Assembly (NCBI GenBank): GCA_040879645.1
Contig: JBBDJY010000001.1
Span: 1-54,568, forward strand
Reading direction: 5' to 3'
Source of the DNA: Minisyncoccota bacterium
Lineage (GTDB): Bacteria; Patescibacteriota; Minisyncoccia; Phycocordibacterales; XYD1-FULL-46-19
Length of the DNA stretch: 54,568 bases
The position numbers were made by a program, and so were the translations under genes. The notes beneath the pieces were generated by a model that saw only the letters and a program-made list of their open reading frames with translations, searched no databases and was not told the origin of the DNA. Positions 37,892-47,233 of the stretch are shown here, in pieces; position 1 is the first letter of the stretch, and every line of letters starts with the position of its first letter.

Positions 37892-38374
37892 ATGCAAATC
37901 CAACACTTAAAAAGAAAAAATCCCTTAACCAAGAAGCGCCAGATTGGACGCGGTGGGATTCGTGGTACGACTTCCGGCCGGGGAACTAAGGGCCAAAGTG
38001 CCCGGGCCGGTCACAAGATTCGTCCGGAGATTCGCGATGTGATTAAAAAATTGCCGAAAAAACGCGGTTATCGTTTTAATAGTTTTAAGACCAAACCGGT
38101 TAATGTCAATCTGGCAACGATTGATGAAGTTTTTGCCGTCGGCGATATTGTTTCGCCGGCCACCTTGGTCAAGAAGGGAATCATTAGCCGAACGAAGAGG
38201 AAATTACCGGTCGTTAAAATTTTAGGACAAGGGGCTTTGACCAAAAAAGTGTCGGTCATTGGTTGCCAAGCCTCAACCGCCGCTGCCGACAATATTTTGG
38301 CCGCTGGTGGTAAAATAACTTTACCGGCCAAGCGAGAACCGATCAAAAAGAAAACCACCGTGACCGCCGCTTAA
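37892..38374 (+). CDS. rplO: 50S ribosomal protein L15
   Basis: GRGG..GRGTKGQ, LPKKRG; follows rpsE directly (no L30). Confidence 0.96.
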   Translation: MQIQHLKRKNPLTKKRQIGRGGIRGTTSGRGTKGQSARAGHKIRPEIRDVIKKLPKKRGYRFNSFKTKPVNVNLATIDEVFAVGDIVSPATLVKKGIISRTKRKLPVVKILGQGALTKKVSVIGCQASTAAADNILAAGGKITLPAKREPIKKKTTVTAA

Positions 38375-38380
38375 TCTTTT

Positions 38381-39652
38381 ATGAATAAATTTTGGGACAA
38401 ATTAAGGTTGATTATCACCGATGCCAACTTAAAAAAGCGGATTCTTTTTATTTTGGGTATCCTCGTTCTTTTTCGTTTTGGCGCTTCGGTACCGATTCCC
38501 GGTGTTGATGTTTTAGCTTTGGAACAATTTTTCCAAGATAATCAATTCTTTGGTCTGCTTAACATTTTCTCCGGTGGTGGTTTGGCCAATCTGTCTATTG
38601 TGATGCTTGGGGTCGGTCCGTTCATTACCGCCTCTATTATTATGCAACTTCTGACATTGGTTTTTCCGGCTTTAAAGCAAATGTATCATGAAGAGGGTTT
38701 GGTTGGCCGGCGAAAAGTTGCTCAATATTCCCGCCTGTTGACGGTTCCCTTGGCCTTGATGCAAGGCTTTGGACTCTTAATTCTCTTGGAACGCCAAGGG
38801 GTGCTGGTTAATTTAACCCTGGCTGATCAAATTTTTAATGCCACTATTGTTGCCGCCGGATCTATTCTCTTAATGTGGTTGGGTGAGTTAATTAATGAAT
38901 ACGGTATTGGTAACGGCGTGTCTATTTTGATTTTTGCCGGTATTGTCTCTCAATTGCCGACCACGGTCAGTCAATTATGGATTACTTTCACGCCGGCGAT
39001 GATCCCGACTTATGTTGGTTTTGCTGTTTTGGCGACGATTATTGTCGCCGGGATTGTGGTGGTGACCGAAGCCGAACGGCCGATACCAATCACTTATGCC
39101 AAACGAGTTAGGGGAATGAAAGTTTATGGCGGAGTTTCCACTTATTTGCCGATTCGGGTTAATAATGCCGGTGTAATGCCGATTATTTTTGCCTTGTCGA
39201 TTCTGCTTTTCCCGCAAATGATTATTAACTTCTTGAGTGAGGTTAATAATGATACAGTTCGTCTGGTTTCCGAATTTTTATTGTCAATGTTTAACAATCC
39301 TTGGTTATACGCTTCACTTTACTTTATTTTGGTTTTCGCCTTCACTTATTTTTATTCGGCTATTACTTTTGATCCGCATGCCATTTCGGATAATTTGCAA
39401 AAAAGTGGTGCCTTTATCCCCGGTGTCCGTCCCGGCCGATCAACCGAGAACTATTTGGCTAAAATCTTAACTCGTTTAACTTTCGTTGGCGCGGTTTTCC
39501 TTGGTTTTGTCGCGATGTTACCTATCATTATGCAGGGGATTACCGGTATTGCCGCTTTGGCGATTGGTGGTACCGGTTTATTGATTGTCGTGTCGGTGGT
39601 CCTCGACTTGGTGAAGAAGATTGAAGCCCAGACGACGATGCGAGAATACTAG
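38381..39652 (+). CDS. secY: Preprotein translocase SecY
   Basis: GIGNGVS, GVMPIIFA, FIPGVRPG, GGTGLLIVV. Confidence 0.99.
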   Translation: MNKFWDKLRLIITDANLKKRILFILGILVLFRFGASVPIPGVDVLALEQFFQDNQFFGLLNIFSGGGLANLSIVMLGVGPFITASIIMQLLTLVFPALKQMYHEEGLVGRRKVAQYSRLLTVPLALMQGFGLLILLERQGVLVNLTLADQIFNATIVAAGSILLMWLGELINEYGIGNGVSILIFAGIVSQLPTTVSQLWITFTPAMIPTYVGFAVLATIIVAGIVVVTEAERPIPITYAKRVRGMKVYGGVSTYLPIRVNNAGVMPIIFALSILLFPQMIINFLSEVNNDTVRLVSEFLLSMFNNPWLYASLYFILVFAFTYFYSAITFDPHAISDNLQKSGAFIPGVRPGRSTENYLAKILTRLTFVGAVFLGFVAMLPIIMQGITGIAALAIGGTGLLIVVSVVLDLVKKIEAQTTMREY

Positions 39653-39737
39653 ATTATTGCCGGTCTTTTACCCGGCGGGCAGGGGACGGCTAAGGTCGGG
39701 GCTTGCCCCGAGGTTTAATTCCTTTTATACTTATCGT

Positions 39738-39938
39738 ATGACTAAAGTTGAATTAAGTAATGGGGCAGACCATCATCACCCGATTCGTCCGTCTCGGGAC
39801 AATTCTTTATCCGGTTGGTTGATGAGATTATCTCGAGGACGGATTAAGGATAGAAGAACGGCCGATTTAGTTCTGATTATTATTTCGATCATTTTCTTTA
39901 CTTCGTCTTTTATTATTTTATTCAGAGCGTTTAATTAA
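39738..39938 (+). CDS. Small protein with C-terminal TM helix (66 aa)
   Basis: TTGCCC-N17-TATACT 6 nt before ATG; hydrophobic tail LVLIIISIIFF. Confidence 0.6.
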   Translation: MTKVELSNGADHHHPIRPSRDNSLSGWLMRLSRGRIKDRRTADLVLIIISIIFFTSSFIILFRAFN

Positions 39939-39974
39939 GTCCGAGTCAGGCGAGCTTGGCCGGTGTTTTAATTT

Positions 39975-40577
39975 ATGGATAATCGTACTGCTTATATTTT
40001 TATTGGTCGTTCCGGTTGTGGCAAGGGGACTCAAGCCAAAAAATTGATTGAGTCTTTAACCGCTAACGATGAACGGCTTAAAACCGGTGCCGATCACATT
40101 CTTTATTCCGAGACCGGCCAGTTATTTCGTGATTTTATTGAAACTGACAATTACTCGGCCGGTTTGTCTCGTCAACTGATGGCTAAGGCGGAATTCCAAC
40201 CGACTTTTTTGGCGGTGTGGATTTGGGCGCGAGTCTTGGTGGATAAGATGGATGATCATACCCATATTGTTTTTGATGGTACGCCCAGGTCGCGGATTGA
40301 GGCTGAGGTTTTGGATACCGCTTTGTCTTTTTACGGTTTTAGTCGCAAAATTGTTATTCATTTGGATGTCAGTCGAGATTGGTCAAAAAAGCGTCTCTTG
40401 GCCCGGGGTCGGAAAGACGACAATGATGCCGACATTGAAAGGCGTTTGGATTGGTATGAAACGGAAGTCAAATCAGCTGTTGATTTTTACAATGATCATT
40501 CTGATTATCGTCGTTTGGACATTGACGGGACTCGCTCGATTGAAGAAGTCCACGCCGATTTGATTGGTCAATTATGA
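39975..40577 (+). CDS. adk: Adenylate kinase (short, LID-less)
   Basis: GRSGCGKGTQA, FDGTPR, RGRKDD; canonical position. Confidence 0.88.
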   Translation: MDNRTAYIFIGRSGCGKGTQAKKLIESLTANDERLKTGADHILYSETGQLFRDFIETDNYSAGLSRQLMAKAEFQPTFLAVWIWARVLVDKMDDHTHIVFDGTPRSRIEAEVLDTALSFYGFSRKIVIHLDVSRDWSKKRLLARGRKDDNDADIERRLDWYETEVKSAVDFYNDHSDYRRLDIDGTRSIEEVHADLIGQL

Positions 40578-41341
40578 TTAAGTTAAAGACGACTGATGAC
40601 ATTAAATATTTACAGGAATCGGGTCGGCGCTTGGCGACGGTCTTGACCGAATTGGTTGGCTTGGTTAAGGCCGGTGTTGTTCCTCGCGATTTAGATGATC
40701 GAGCAAGAGAGTTAATCCGTGATTTGGGGGATAAGCCGGCTTTTCTTAATTACCGGCCGGCCGGTTCGGCTTTAGCTTATCCGACGGCTTTATGCGTCTC
40801 TGTTAATAATGAAATCGTCCATGGTATTCCGGGCAAACGAGTGATTAAAGACGGCGATATCGTTACCCTTGATCTTGGTCTTAATCACCAAGGTTATTTT
40901 TCCGATATGGCCATTTCGGTGGCGGTCGGTCGGCCGTCGCCGGAGACGGAAAAATTATTACGGATAACTCACGAGGCTCTCAAGGCCGGTATTGAGGCCG
41001 CTCGTCCCGGCCGACATATCGGCGATATTGGTGCCGCCATTGCCGGCGTCGTTAAATCAGGCGGTGGTAAAATTATTCGTGAATTGGCCGGCCACGGTGT
41101 CGGCTTTGCCGTCCATGAAGATCCGTTGGTGCCAAATGACGGCCAAGCCGGTCAGGGTCTGCTTTTAAAACCGGGGTTGGTGCTGGCACTTGAGCCGATG
41201 GTGACTTTCGGCCGGCCGGCAGTCCGCCTGCTGGACGACGGTTTTACTTTTGTCACCAAAGATGGTAGCATAAGCGCGCACTTTGAACACACGGTGCTCA
41301 TTACCAATGATAAGCCGATTATTTTAACTCAATATGAATAA
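40574..41341 (+). CDS. map: Methionine aminopeptidase type I
   Basis: SVNNEIVHGIP, GHGVG..HEDP, EPM, AHFEHT. Confidence 0.97.
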   Translation: MIKLKTTDDIKYLQESGRRLATVLTELVGLVKAGVVPRDLDDRARELIRDLGDKPAFLNYRPAGSALAYPTALCVSVNNEIVHGIPGKRVIKDGDIVTLDLGLNHQGYFSDMAISVAVGRPSPETEKLLRITHEALKAGIEAARPGRHIGDIGAAIAGVVKSGGGKIIRELAGHGVGFAVHEDPLVPNDGQAGQGLLLKPGLVLALEPMVTFGRPAVRLLDDGFTFVTKDGSISAHFEHTVLITNDKPIILTQYE

Positions 41342-41822
41342 AAAAGTTTCCCACGAACAAACCCTGATTATTATCAAACCCGATGCTATGCACCGCAATC
41401 TCTTGGGCGAAATTATCCACCGGTTTGAACGTAAAGGATTAAAAATTACCGGTCTGAAAATGATTAAATTGGATGACCCGATTTTGGAAAAGCATTATTA
41501 TCATCATAAAGACAAACCGTTTTTTGCCGGTGTTAAAAAATTTATGAAGTCCTCCCCGGTTGTTTTAATGGTCCTTGAGGGTTACAGCGCCATTTCGGCG
41601 ACGCGATTGATTGTCGGCCCTCTCAAGGGTTACGAAGCCGATGCCGGTTCGATCCGCGGGGATTTTTCTTTGAGTACCCAATCCAATATTGTCCACGCTT
41701 CCGATTCGGTTGAAACGGCAGCCGAAGAAATCAAGCGCTTTTTCAAAAAAGAAGAGCTGTTTACCTATACCAAAGCCGAATATCCCTATATTTACGCCGA
41801 AGACGAATTACCGACGGAGTAA
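41334..41822 (+). CDS. ndk: Nucleoside diphosphate kinase
   Basis: IIKPDA, GSIRGDF, NIVHASDS. Confidence 0.96.
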   Translation: MNKKVSHEQTLIIIKPDAMHRNLLGEIIHRFERKGLKITGLKMIKLDDPILEKHYYHHKDKPFFAGVKKFMKSSPVVLMVLEGYSAISATRLIVGPLKGYEADAGSIRGDFSLSTQSNIVHASDSVETAAEEIKRFFKKEELFTYTKAEYPYIYAEDELPTE

Positions 41823-41966
41823 GAAATACTTTTCCGGTTAGGCTCTAAATTTACCCATCCCAATTATTGTATTTTGTATTATGGAATAGTGCGATTAGGC
41901 AATATATAGAGAATATTTAGATTATTGGATATTTTAAGTTTTAAGATTTACTAATTATAAAAACAA

Positions 41967-42602
41967 ATGCTTATCCTTAAGGCAAATACACCCAAAGAAC
42001 TTTACGAAAAAGCATTTTTAGAAGTGTATAAATTACCTAATATAGAAGAGGATCCCAAAAATTATAAAGATGTATCTGCCTTATTAACTTTAGAAAATTA
42101 TAATCAAGATGAAGGGGTTGTGTGGAATAACGAGGGGTTTCACTCTTCATTTGACTATACAAAATACATTATAGAGGGAGATAATCAAATTCAGCTCGAA
42201 GAAGAATATTATAATAAAGAATTTATACAATTTGGTAAATTAGAAAGCTTCTTAAAATACTTTAACAACGACAAGACTACAAAAAAAGGTTTAATAAATC
42301 TTTTAGACGACGATTCTTTAAGTCACATTAAACCTTTTCCTTGTTTAGTTTATGTGTGGTTCAGAAAAATAGGGGATACTCTTCATATGAATTGCCATAT
42401 GAGAGCCAATGACGCATACAAGATTCTTATTATGGATCTTCATGTAGGAAGTAGCCTTCACTTTTATGTGGCTGATAGATTAGGATTAAAAAGAGGAAAT
42501 TATAATCATTTTGTTGATTCATTGCATTTCTATCATAGGAATAAAATAGAAATAGATAAACTGTATAGACAATTGACCTCTGAAAGATTAACTTTAAATT
42601 AA
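41967..42602 (+). CDS. Thymidylate-synthase-fold enzyme, predicted (d)CMP C5 hydroxymethylase/methylase (MilA-like)
   Basis: Catalytic PC; MRANDAYKILIMD (Asp at the ThyA Asn177 position); DSLHFY. Confidence 0.8.
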   Translation: MLILKANTPKELYEKAFLEVYKLPNIEEDPKNYKDVSALLTLENYNQDEGVVWNNEGFHSSFDYTKYIIEGDNQIQLEEEYYNKEFIQFGKLESFLKYFNNDKTTKKGLINLLDDDSLSHIKPFPCLVYVWFRKIGDTLHMNCHMRANDAYKILIMDLHVGSSLHFYVADRLGLKRGNYNHFVDSLHFYHRNKIEIDKLYRQLTSERLTLN

Positions 42603-42655
42603 ATTGAATGTCTATTAGATTATTGTTATACTCATAACCACCAATAATCGTCACT

Positions 42656-43225
42656 ATGGCTGATAAAAAACAAATTGAGATTGAACTGAGAGCCATGTTT
42701 GATGAAGAGAAATTTAACTCTTTGAAGGATTTTTTGGATAAAAATGCTGAATATCTTGGTCCGGATGATAAATATGTCCATTTTTATATTTTATCTGATA
42801 AACTGCTTAAAGTAACTGACAATATCTCTAGAAACAGTGCGAAGTTAACTCTAAAACTCAATCGAATCGGACAGGGTAGTGATTTCGAAGAAATTGAATT
42901 TCCAATTCAAAGAAATAATGTGAAAGAGGCGGTAAAAATGTTTGACTCCCTAAAGATAACTAATCAGGTGATGCGTTCTTTTCAAACTAGATATAACTAT
43001 ATTTTTAAGGAAGTTGAGTTAGCTCTTAAATATAGTTTAGTCTGGAAATATCATCTTGAGTTAGAAATTATTATTGAAGATAAATTACAAAAGAAAGAGG
43101 CGGAAAAAAAGATTCATGATGTGGCAAAAGAGTTGGGTGTAAAAATTATGCCTGAAGAAGAATTGCTAGAATTTGTTAAAAAAGTAGAAGAAGAAAACAC
43201 AAGGAATAATGAGTCTGTCTTTTGA
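42656..43225 (+). CDS. CYTH (triphosphate tunnel) domain protein, copy 1
   Basis: EIELR N-terminal motif, EEIE, HLELE. Confidence 0.85.
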   Translation: MADKKQIEIELRAMFDEEKFNSLKDFLDKNAEYLGPDDKYVHFYILSDKLLKVTDNISRNSAKLTLKLNRIGQGSDFEEIEFPIQRNNVKEAVKMFDSLKITNQVMRSFQTRYNYIFKEVELALKYSLVWKYHLELEIIIEDKLQKKEAEKKIHDVAKELGVKIMPEEELLEFVKKVEEENTRNNESVF

Positions 43226-43234
43226 AGTATTTTT

Positions 43235-43687
43235 ATGAATTATATTAAATACTCTGATTTAAACGAACAAGAAATGTCTTTGGTAGATAAGGCGTTTGAG
43301 GCTGCGGGTCATTCTGAATCTCCATCTGGACACAAGGTAGGTTCAGCAATAATATGCAAAGACGGAAGAGTTTTCCAAGGCGCTACAAATACTAGGACAA
43401 GAACAATAGGATCTACGTGTGCAGAGAGAATGGCTGTGGACCAGATGTTTTATCATGGGAACAAGTATCCTGAACTCGTGGCATTAGTAGGGTTATTACA
43501 AAGAGATAAATGGACGGTAGATAATATTTGTACACCATGTGGGGTCTGTCTTGATATGTATTGGGAGATGATTATGAAGCTAGGTATGGAAGATATAGAT
43601 ATTTTGTGTGTAAGTTGGAATAAAAAAAGGATTTTAAAGACTAGTTTGACTGAATTATATCCAAGAATAGAAGCCGTAAGAAGATAA
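43235..43687 (+). CDS. Cytidine deaminase-like zinc enzyme
   Basis: VGSAI, CAER, PCGVC. Confidence 0.88.
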   Translation: MNYIKYSDLNEQEMSLVDKAFEAAGHSESPSGHKVGSAIICKDGRVFQGATNTRTRTIGSTCAERMAVDQMFYHGNKYPELVALVGLLQRDKWTVDNICTPCGVCLDMYWEMIMKLGMEDIDILCVSWNKKRILKTSLTELYPRIEAVRR

Positions 43688-43688
43688 G

Positions 43689-45101
43689 ATGAAAATTCAA
43701 ACTAATAATTTAGCCCTCTGGGAAGATGCTCATGTTTCCTATGAAATACATGAGCATGATATTGGAAATAAGGACTCGGACTCCAAAATTAAAAAAGAAG
43801 ATAATGAATGGAGGCACAAGCTTTTAACCGAAACGCCGAATGGGAATTTATTGTTAAAAAATTCTTTTTTTAACGATTTAAAATCACAAGATAAAGTATA
43901 TTTAGCTCACGTAACACCGAACTTGCACAATATTCAAGACAATGGTGTTTTATATCCTAGCGCAGGATGTTTGGTGGGAAGTATTTACTGTACGCCTGTG
44001 TTTATGGAAGAAGGTAAGTTGAGAATGCATAATCTGGGGGAATTTATATTTAATAAGGAAATGCCTTTATTTACTAAATTTATTGAAAAAAGAAATCAAA
44101 AACCCTTAGAAATTATAGTATTTGAAATTGATTTACCAACAACCAATGAAAATAATTTAGTTGGTGTGGATTATTTACGCTTGGGCAATGTCCACTTTGA
44201 CACATACAAGGCATTAGAATATCTTTTGTCACCCCATGAGAGAAGTAACTTACAAGAGATATGTACTAACAGAGTCCGTCGAGCATTTAATTATTTGTAT
44301 ACTTGTAACCAAATTCACCAGTCTAATACAAGATTAGATAGTATAAAATTTTTGGAAATGTTTATCAATGCAATTGACCACTTGCCAATCTTGGGGTATT
44401 TTTACTTTGAAGTCTTGACTGAGTATATTATGCTCTTCCAAGATAATAGAGAATCCCAGATTTTTAGTAAACTAGGGGAATTTTATAGTCCATCATATAA
44501 GGAATTAATTTTTTATTTATGTCCCCACCTTTCTAGAAATTTTAGTTTAGGAGAATTTAAACCTACTTTGAAAGGCATTACAAGGTATATCAAGAAGAGA
44601 AAAATAATCAAAAATTTTGATGAAAATACAATGTTTGAATATTTAACGCGTAGGCTAGTATTTTTAACCAACGCAAGATTATTTTCTGAAGATACCGAAT
44701 TTAATAATTGGAAACACTTGAAATGGGAGTTTGATGATATATCTGGAGGTATGGACAAGCTCCTCGGGCATCTTATTCATCGAGAATTAAGAAATTTTGG
44801 TAGATATCCATATTTTTATTTTTATTTTGAACAGCACAAAGCCCTTTCGATTTGGAATTATTGGAATTATCTGAATATTGCAATTCCTTTTAATGGTATT
44901 ATCCCTAAGGGTGAAGTTGGAATAAATCCAGCTTATCCTGATTTAAAATACAAAACATATTCAACTGAAATAGTTAAGGAAAATGGATATTCTTATCTAA
45001 ATCTTAAAGAGGAATTAGATTTAGATATTGCCCCGAAACTTGTAGATTATAAGTTTACATCAATGAGAAATAGATGCAAAAATCATGGAAAAACCAACTA
45101 A
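43689..45101 (+). CDS. Uncharacterised 470-aa protein, possible ADP-ribosyltransferase-like N-terminal fold
   Basis: Tightly coupled ORF; YLAHVT.NL..I...G.LYPS..SIYCT. Confidence 0.6.
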   Translation: MKIQTNNLALWEDAHVSYEIHEHDIGNKDSDSKIKKEDNEWRHKLLTETPNGNLLLKNSFFNDLKSQDKVYLAHVTPNLHNIQDNGVLYPSAGCLVGSIYCTPVFMEEGKLRMHNLGEFIFNKEMPLFTKFIEKRNQKPLEIIVFEIDLPTTNENNLVGVDYLRLGNVHFDTYKALEYLLSPHERSNLQEICTNRVRRAFNYLYTCNQIHQSNTRLDSIKFLEMFINAIDHLPILGYFYFEVLTEYIMLFQDNRESQIFSKLGEFYSPSYKELIFYLCPHLSRNFSLGEFKPTLKGITRYIKKRKIIKNFDENTMFEYLTRRLVFLTNARLFSEDTEFNNWKHLKWEFDDISGGMDKLLGHLIHRELRNFGRYPYFYFYFEQHKALSIWNYWNYLNIAIPFNGIIPKGEVGINPAYPDLKYKTYSTEIVKENGYSYLNLKEELDLDIAPKLVDYKFTSMRNRCKNHGKTN

Positions 45102-45693
45102 TTATCCAAAAGTCTATTTTGTAGGAGGTGTAAATGGAGTCGGTAAGTCCACTCTTTTAACCGAAATATCTATTAGGTATCCTGAATTCCGTATAATTAA
45201 AGGCTCGTCTTTATTTATGGAATGGCTTGGGGTTACTCCGGGTGATTATAATAGTCTTAGATCTTTACCGGATTATTATAAAATAAGTGAATTTAATAAA
45301 ATGATGGATAATCTTTTGTCAAAACAAGTTTTAGACGAAAGAGTGATGTTAGTAGACGCTCATTATTTTCATTATAAACGAGGTGAGATGATTGATACCA
45401 CTGGAGATTGGATGTCGAGTCTAAATGCTTTGTTTGTAATTACCGGAGAGGTAGAAGAAATTTTTAAAAGAGTTTTGGAGGATACTAAAGATAGAGATTT
45501 GTTCCCGAGAGGAACTTCTAGATATGAGCAGAAGGAGTTATTGAGGATATATTTAGAAGGCACTAATCAAAAAGCTCAAGAAATATCTAACAGGTATAGA
45601 ATACCACTTTTCACCATAAATAATATCCAAGGTAATATAAATAAAGTAGTAGATTATTTTTTAGTTGCACATACTAATATAATTAATAAGTGA
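45085..45693 (+). CDS. P-loop nucleoside monophosphate kinase (AdkA/AAA_17-like)
   Basis: GGVNGVGKST, LVDAHY, R...D..R lid. Confidence 0.8.
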   Translation: MEKPTNYPKVYFVGGVNGVGKSTLLTEISIRYPEFRIIKGSSLFMEWLGVTPGDYNSLRSLPDYYKISEFNKMMDNLLSKQVLDERVMLVDAHYFHYKRGEMIDTTGDWMSSLNALFVITGEVEEIFKRVLEDTKDRDLFPRGTSRYEQKELLRIYLEGTNQKAQEISNRYRIPLFTINNIQGNINKVVDYFLVAHTNIINK

Positions 45694-45694
45694 T

Positions 45695-46438
45695 ATGAAA
45701 GAAAAAATAACAGAAAAAAAAATTGACCGGCTACAAAATGAAATTATGGACATACTTCATAATTATGAGATTGCGCATGGTTTGAGTAGATCACTTAATC
45801 TATTAAAGAAAGAAATAGTTATTTACCAAAATCATCTCAAGGGTTTACGAGAGTGGAAAAGAAAAAAAGAAAATTATAATACTTCAAAAATTCAGATAGG
45901 TGGGGGAAAACATATATTAGAAGGTTATTTGAATATTGATATTGTGCCTCCTGCGGACTTAATTTGTGATATTAGAGAAGGTATTCCACTAGAAAGTCAA
46001 TCTAGTGAATTTATATTTAGCGAGCATTTTTTTGAACATGTCGACTATCCAATATCGTCTAAGAAAATAATCAGTGAATTTTTTAGGATTTTAAAATATG
46101 GAGGACAAGTTGTCTTAGGTGTGCCAGATAGTGAATTGGTAGTCAAAAGTTATGTTAATAAAGACAGAGAATTTTACGAAAAAGCGTTAAATACCTGGTA
46201 TATAAATAGAGGATGTTTGGATGATTTTAATACTTATATTGATCTCTTAAATTATCATTTTAGGGATCAGGATGATGATGAAAAATATAACCCTCATTAT
46301 TGGGCTTACGATTTTGATAAATTGCAATCATTGTTTAGGAATGCTAAATTCAACAAAGTAGAGAGGTGGGAGTTTGATCCTTTTATTGCAAATCCCAAGA
46401 GAAAATGGGGTAGTGTTTACATAATAGCCACAAAATAA
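45695..46438 (+). CDS. Class I SAM-dependent methyltransferase
   Basis: IQIGGG, YLNID, SEHFFEH, RILKYGG..VPD. Confidence 0.85.
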   Translation: MKEKITEKKIDRLQNEIMDILHNYEIAHGLSRSLNLLKKEIVIYQNHLKGLREWKRKKENYNTSKIQIGGGKHILEGYLNIDIVPPADLICDIREGIPLESQSSEFIFSEHFFEHVDYPISSKKIISEFFRILKYGGQVVLGVPDSELVVKSYVNKDREFYEKALNTWYINRGCLDDFNTYIDLLNYHFRDQDDDEKYNPHYWAYDFDKLQSLFRNAKFNKVERWEFDPFIANPKRKWGSVYIIATK

Positions 46439-46486
46439 CCCCATAAATTATATGATCACATCTATTATACTTTTGAAAGTTATAAA

Positions 46487-47233
46487 ATGAATCTTCGTCA
46501 GGAATTATTAAATAAAAATAAACCAAGGCATCAATTTCATGATAGTGAATCTTTAGCGTGGTTGGCGTATAATCGTCCTAATTATCTGTTAAATCAATAT
46601 CAGTTTGAAAGATTGTTATTAAAAACAATAGATAGGGAAAAGCCATGGGTTAAATGTGAAGATTGTTGGTTTACAAGTGATTTAATAAAAGACGGCATTC
46701 ATGGATTTCGCCATGTTTGTAGGGTGGCAATATATTCAATACTGATTGCTCTCCGAGAAAAGCCAACAATATCAAGAGAGGAAATAAATGTCCTAGTTTA
46801 CATTGCTCTTTTACATGATTGTCGTCGCAAAAATGACAACACGGACCCACGACATGGTATTAGAGCTGTACGGTGGTTATATAAAAATCGTTACTTAATA
46901 CCGAAGGACTTAACATCTTTCTACCAAGCAATCAAGTTTTCCATAGAAGTACATAATGATAATTATAGTAAAATAGTTGAAAACAAAAATTACAAAAAAT
47001 TCAAATTTTTTGTAGACATATTAAAAACAGCTGATGCTTTAGATCGTTATCGTTTTCCTAGAACTGATTGGTGGATTTGTGATAAATTTATTGTTTTGGC
47101 CCCAGACCAAAGAGAAATGGCTTTCGCATATGATTTTGTTTTGGAAAGTGAAAGCTTATTTGTTTTTAATAAAAATAATAGAGTTTCTATCGAACAATCA
47201 TGGAAAAAATTAAACAAGACACACAAAATTTAA
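46487..47233 (+). CDS. HD-domain metal-dependent phosphohydrolase/oxygenase
   Basis: HGFRHVCRV, LLHDCRR, HG, H, ADALDR. Confidence 0.85.
   Translation: MNLRQELLNKNKPRHQFHDSESLAWLAYNRPNYLLNQYQFERLLLKTIDREKPWVKCEDCWFTSDLIKDGIHGFRHVCRVAIYSILIALREKPTISREEINVLVYIALLHDCRRKNDNTDPRHGIRAVRWLYKNRYLIPKDLTSFYQAIKFSIEVHNDNYSKIVENKNYKKFKFFVDILKTADALDRYRFPRTDWWICDKFIVLAPDQREMAFAYDFVLESESLFVFNKNNRVSIEQSWKKLNKTHKI

Noticed and set aside
41967-42602. Housekeeping thyA
   Set aside because: Asp instead of the dUMP-specifying Asn, RAND instead of RSxD, short and in a foreign island
42656-43225. Class IV adenylate cyclase (cyaB)
   Set aside because: The CYTH fold is clear, but most members are triphosphatases; the specific activity is unsupported
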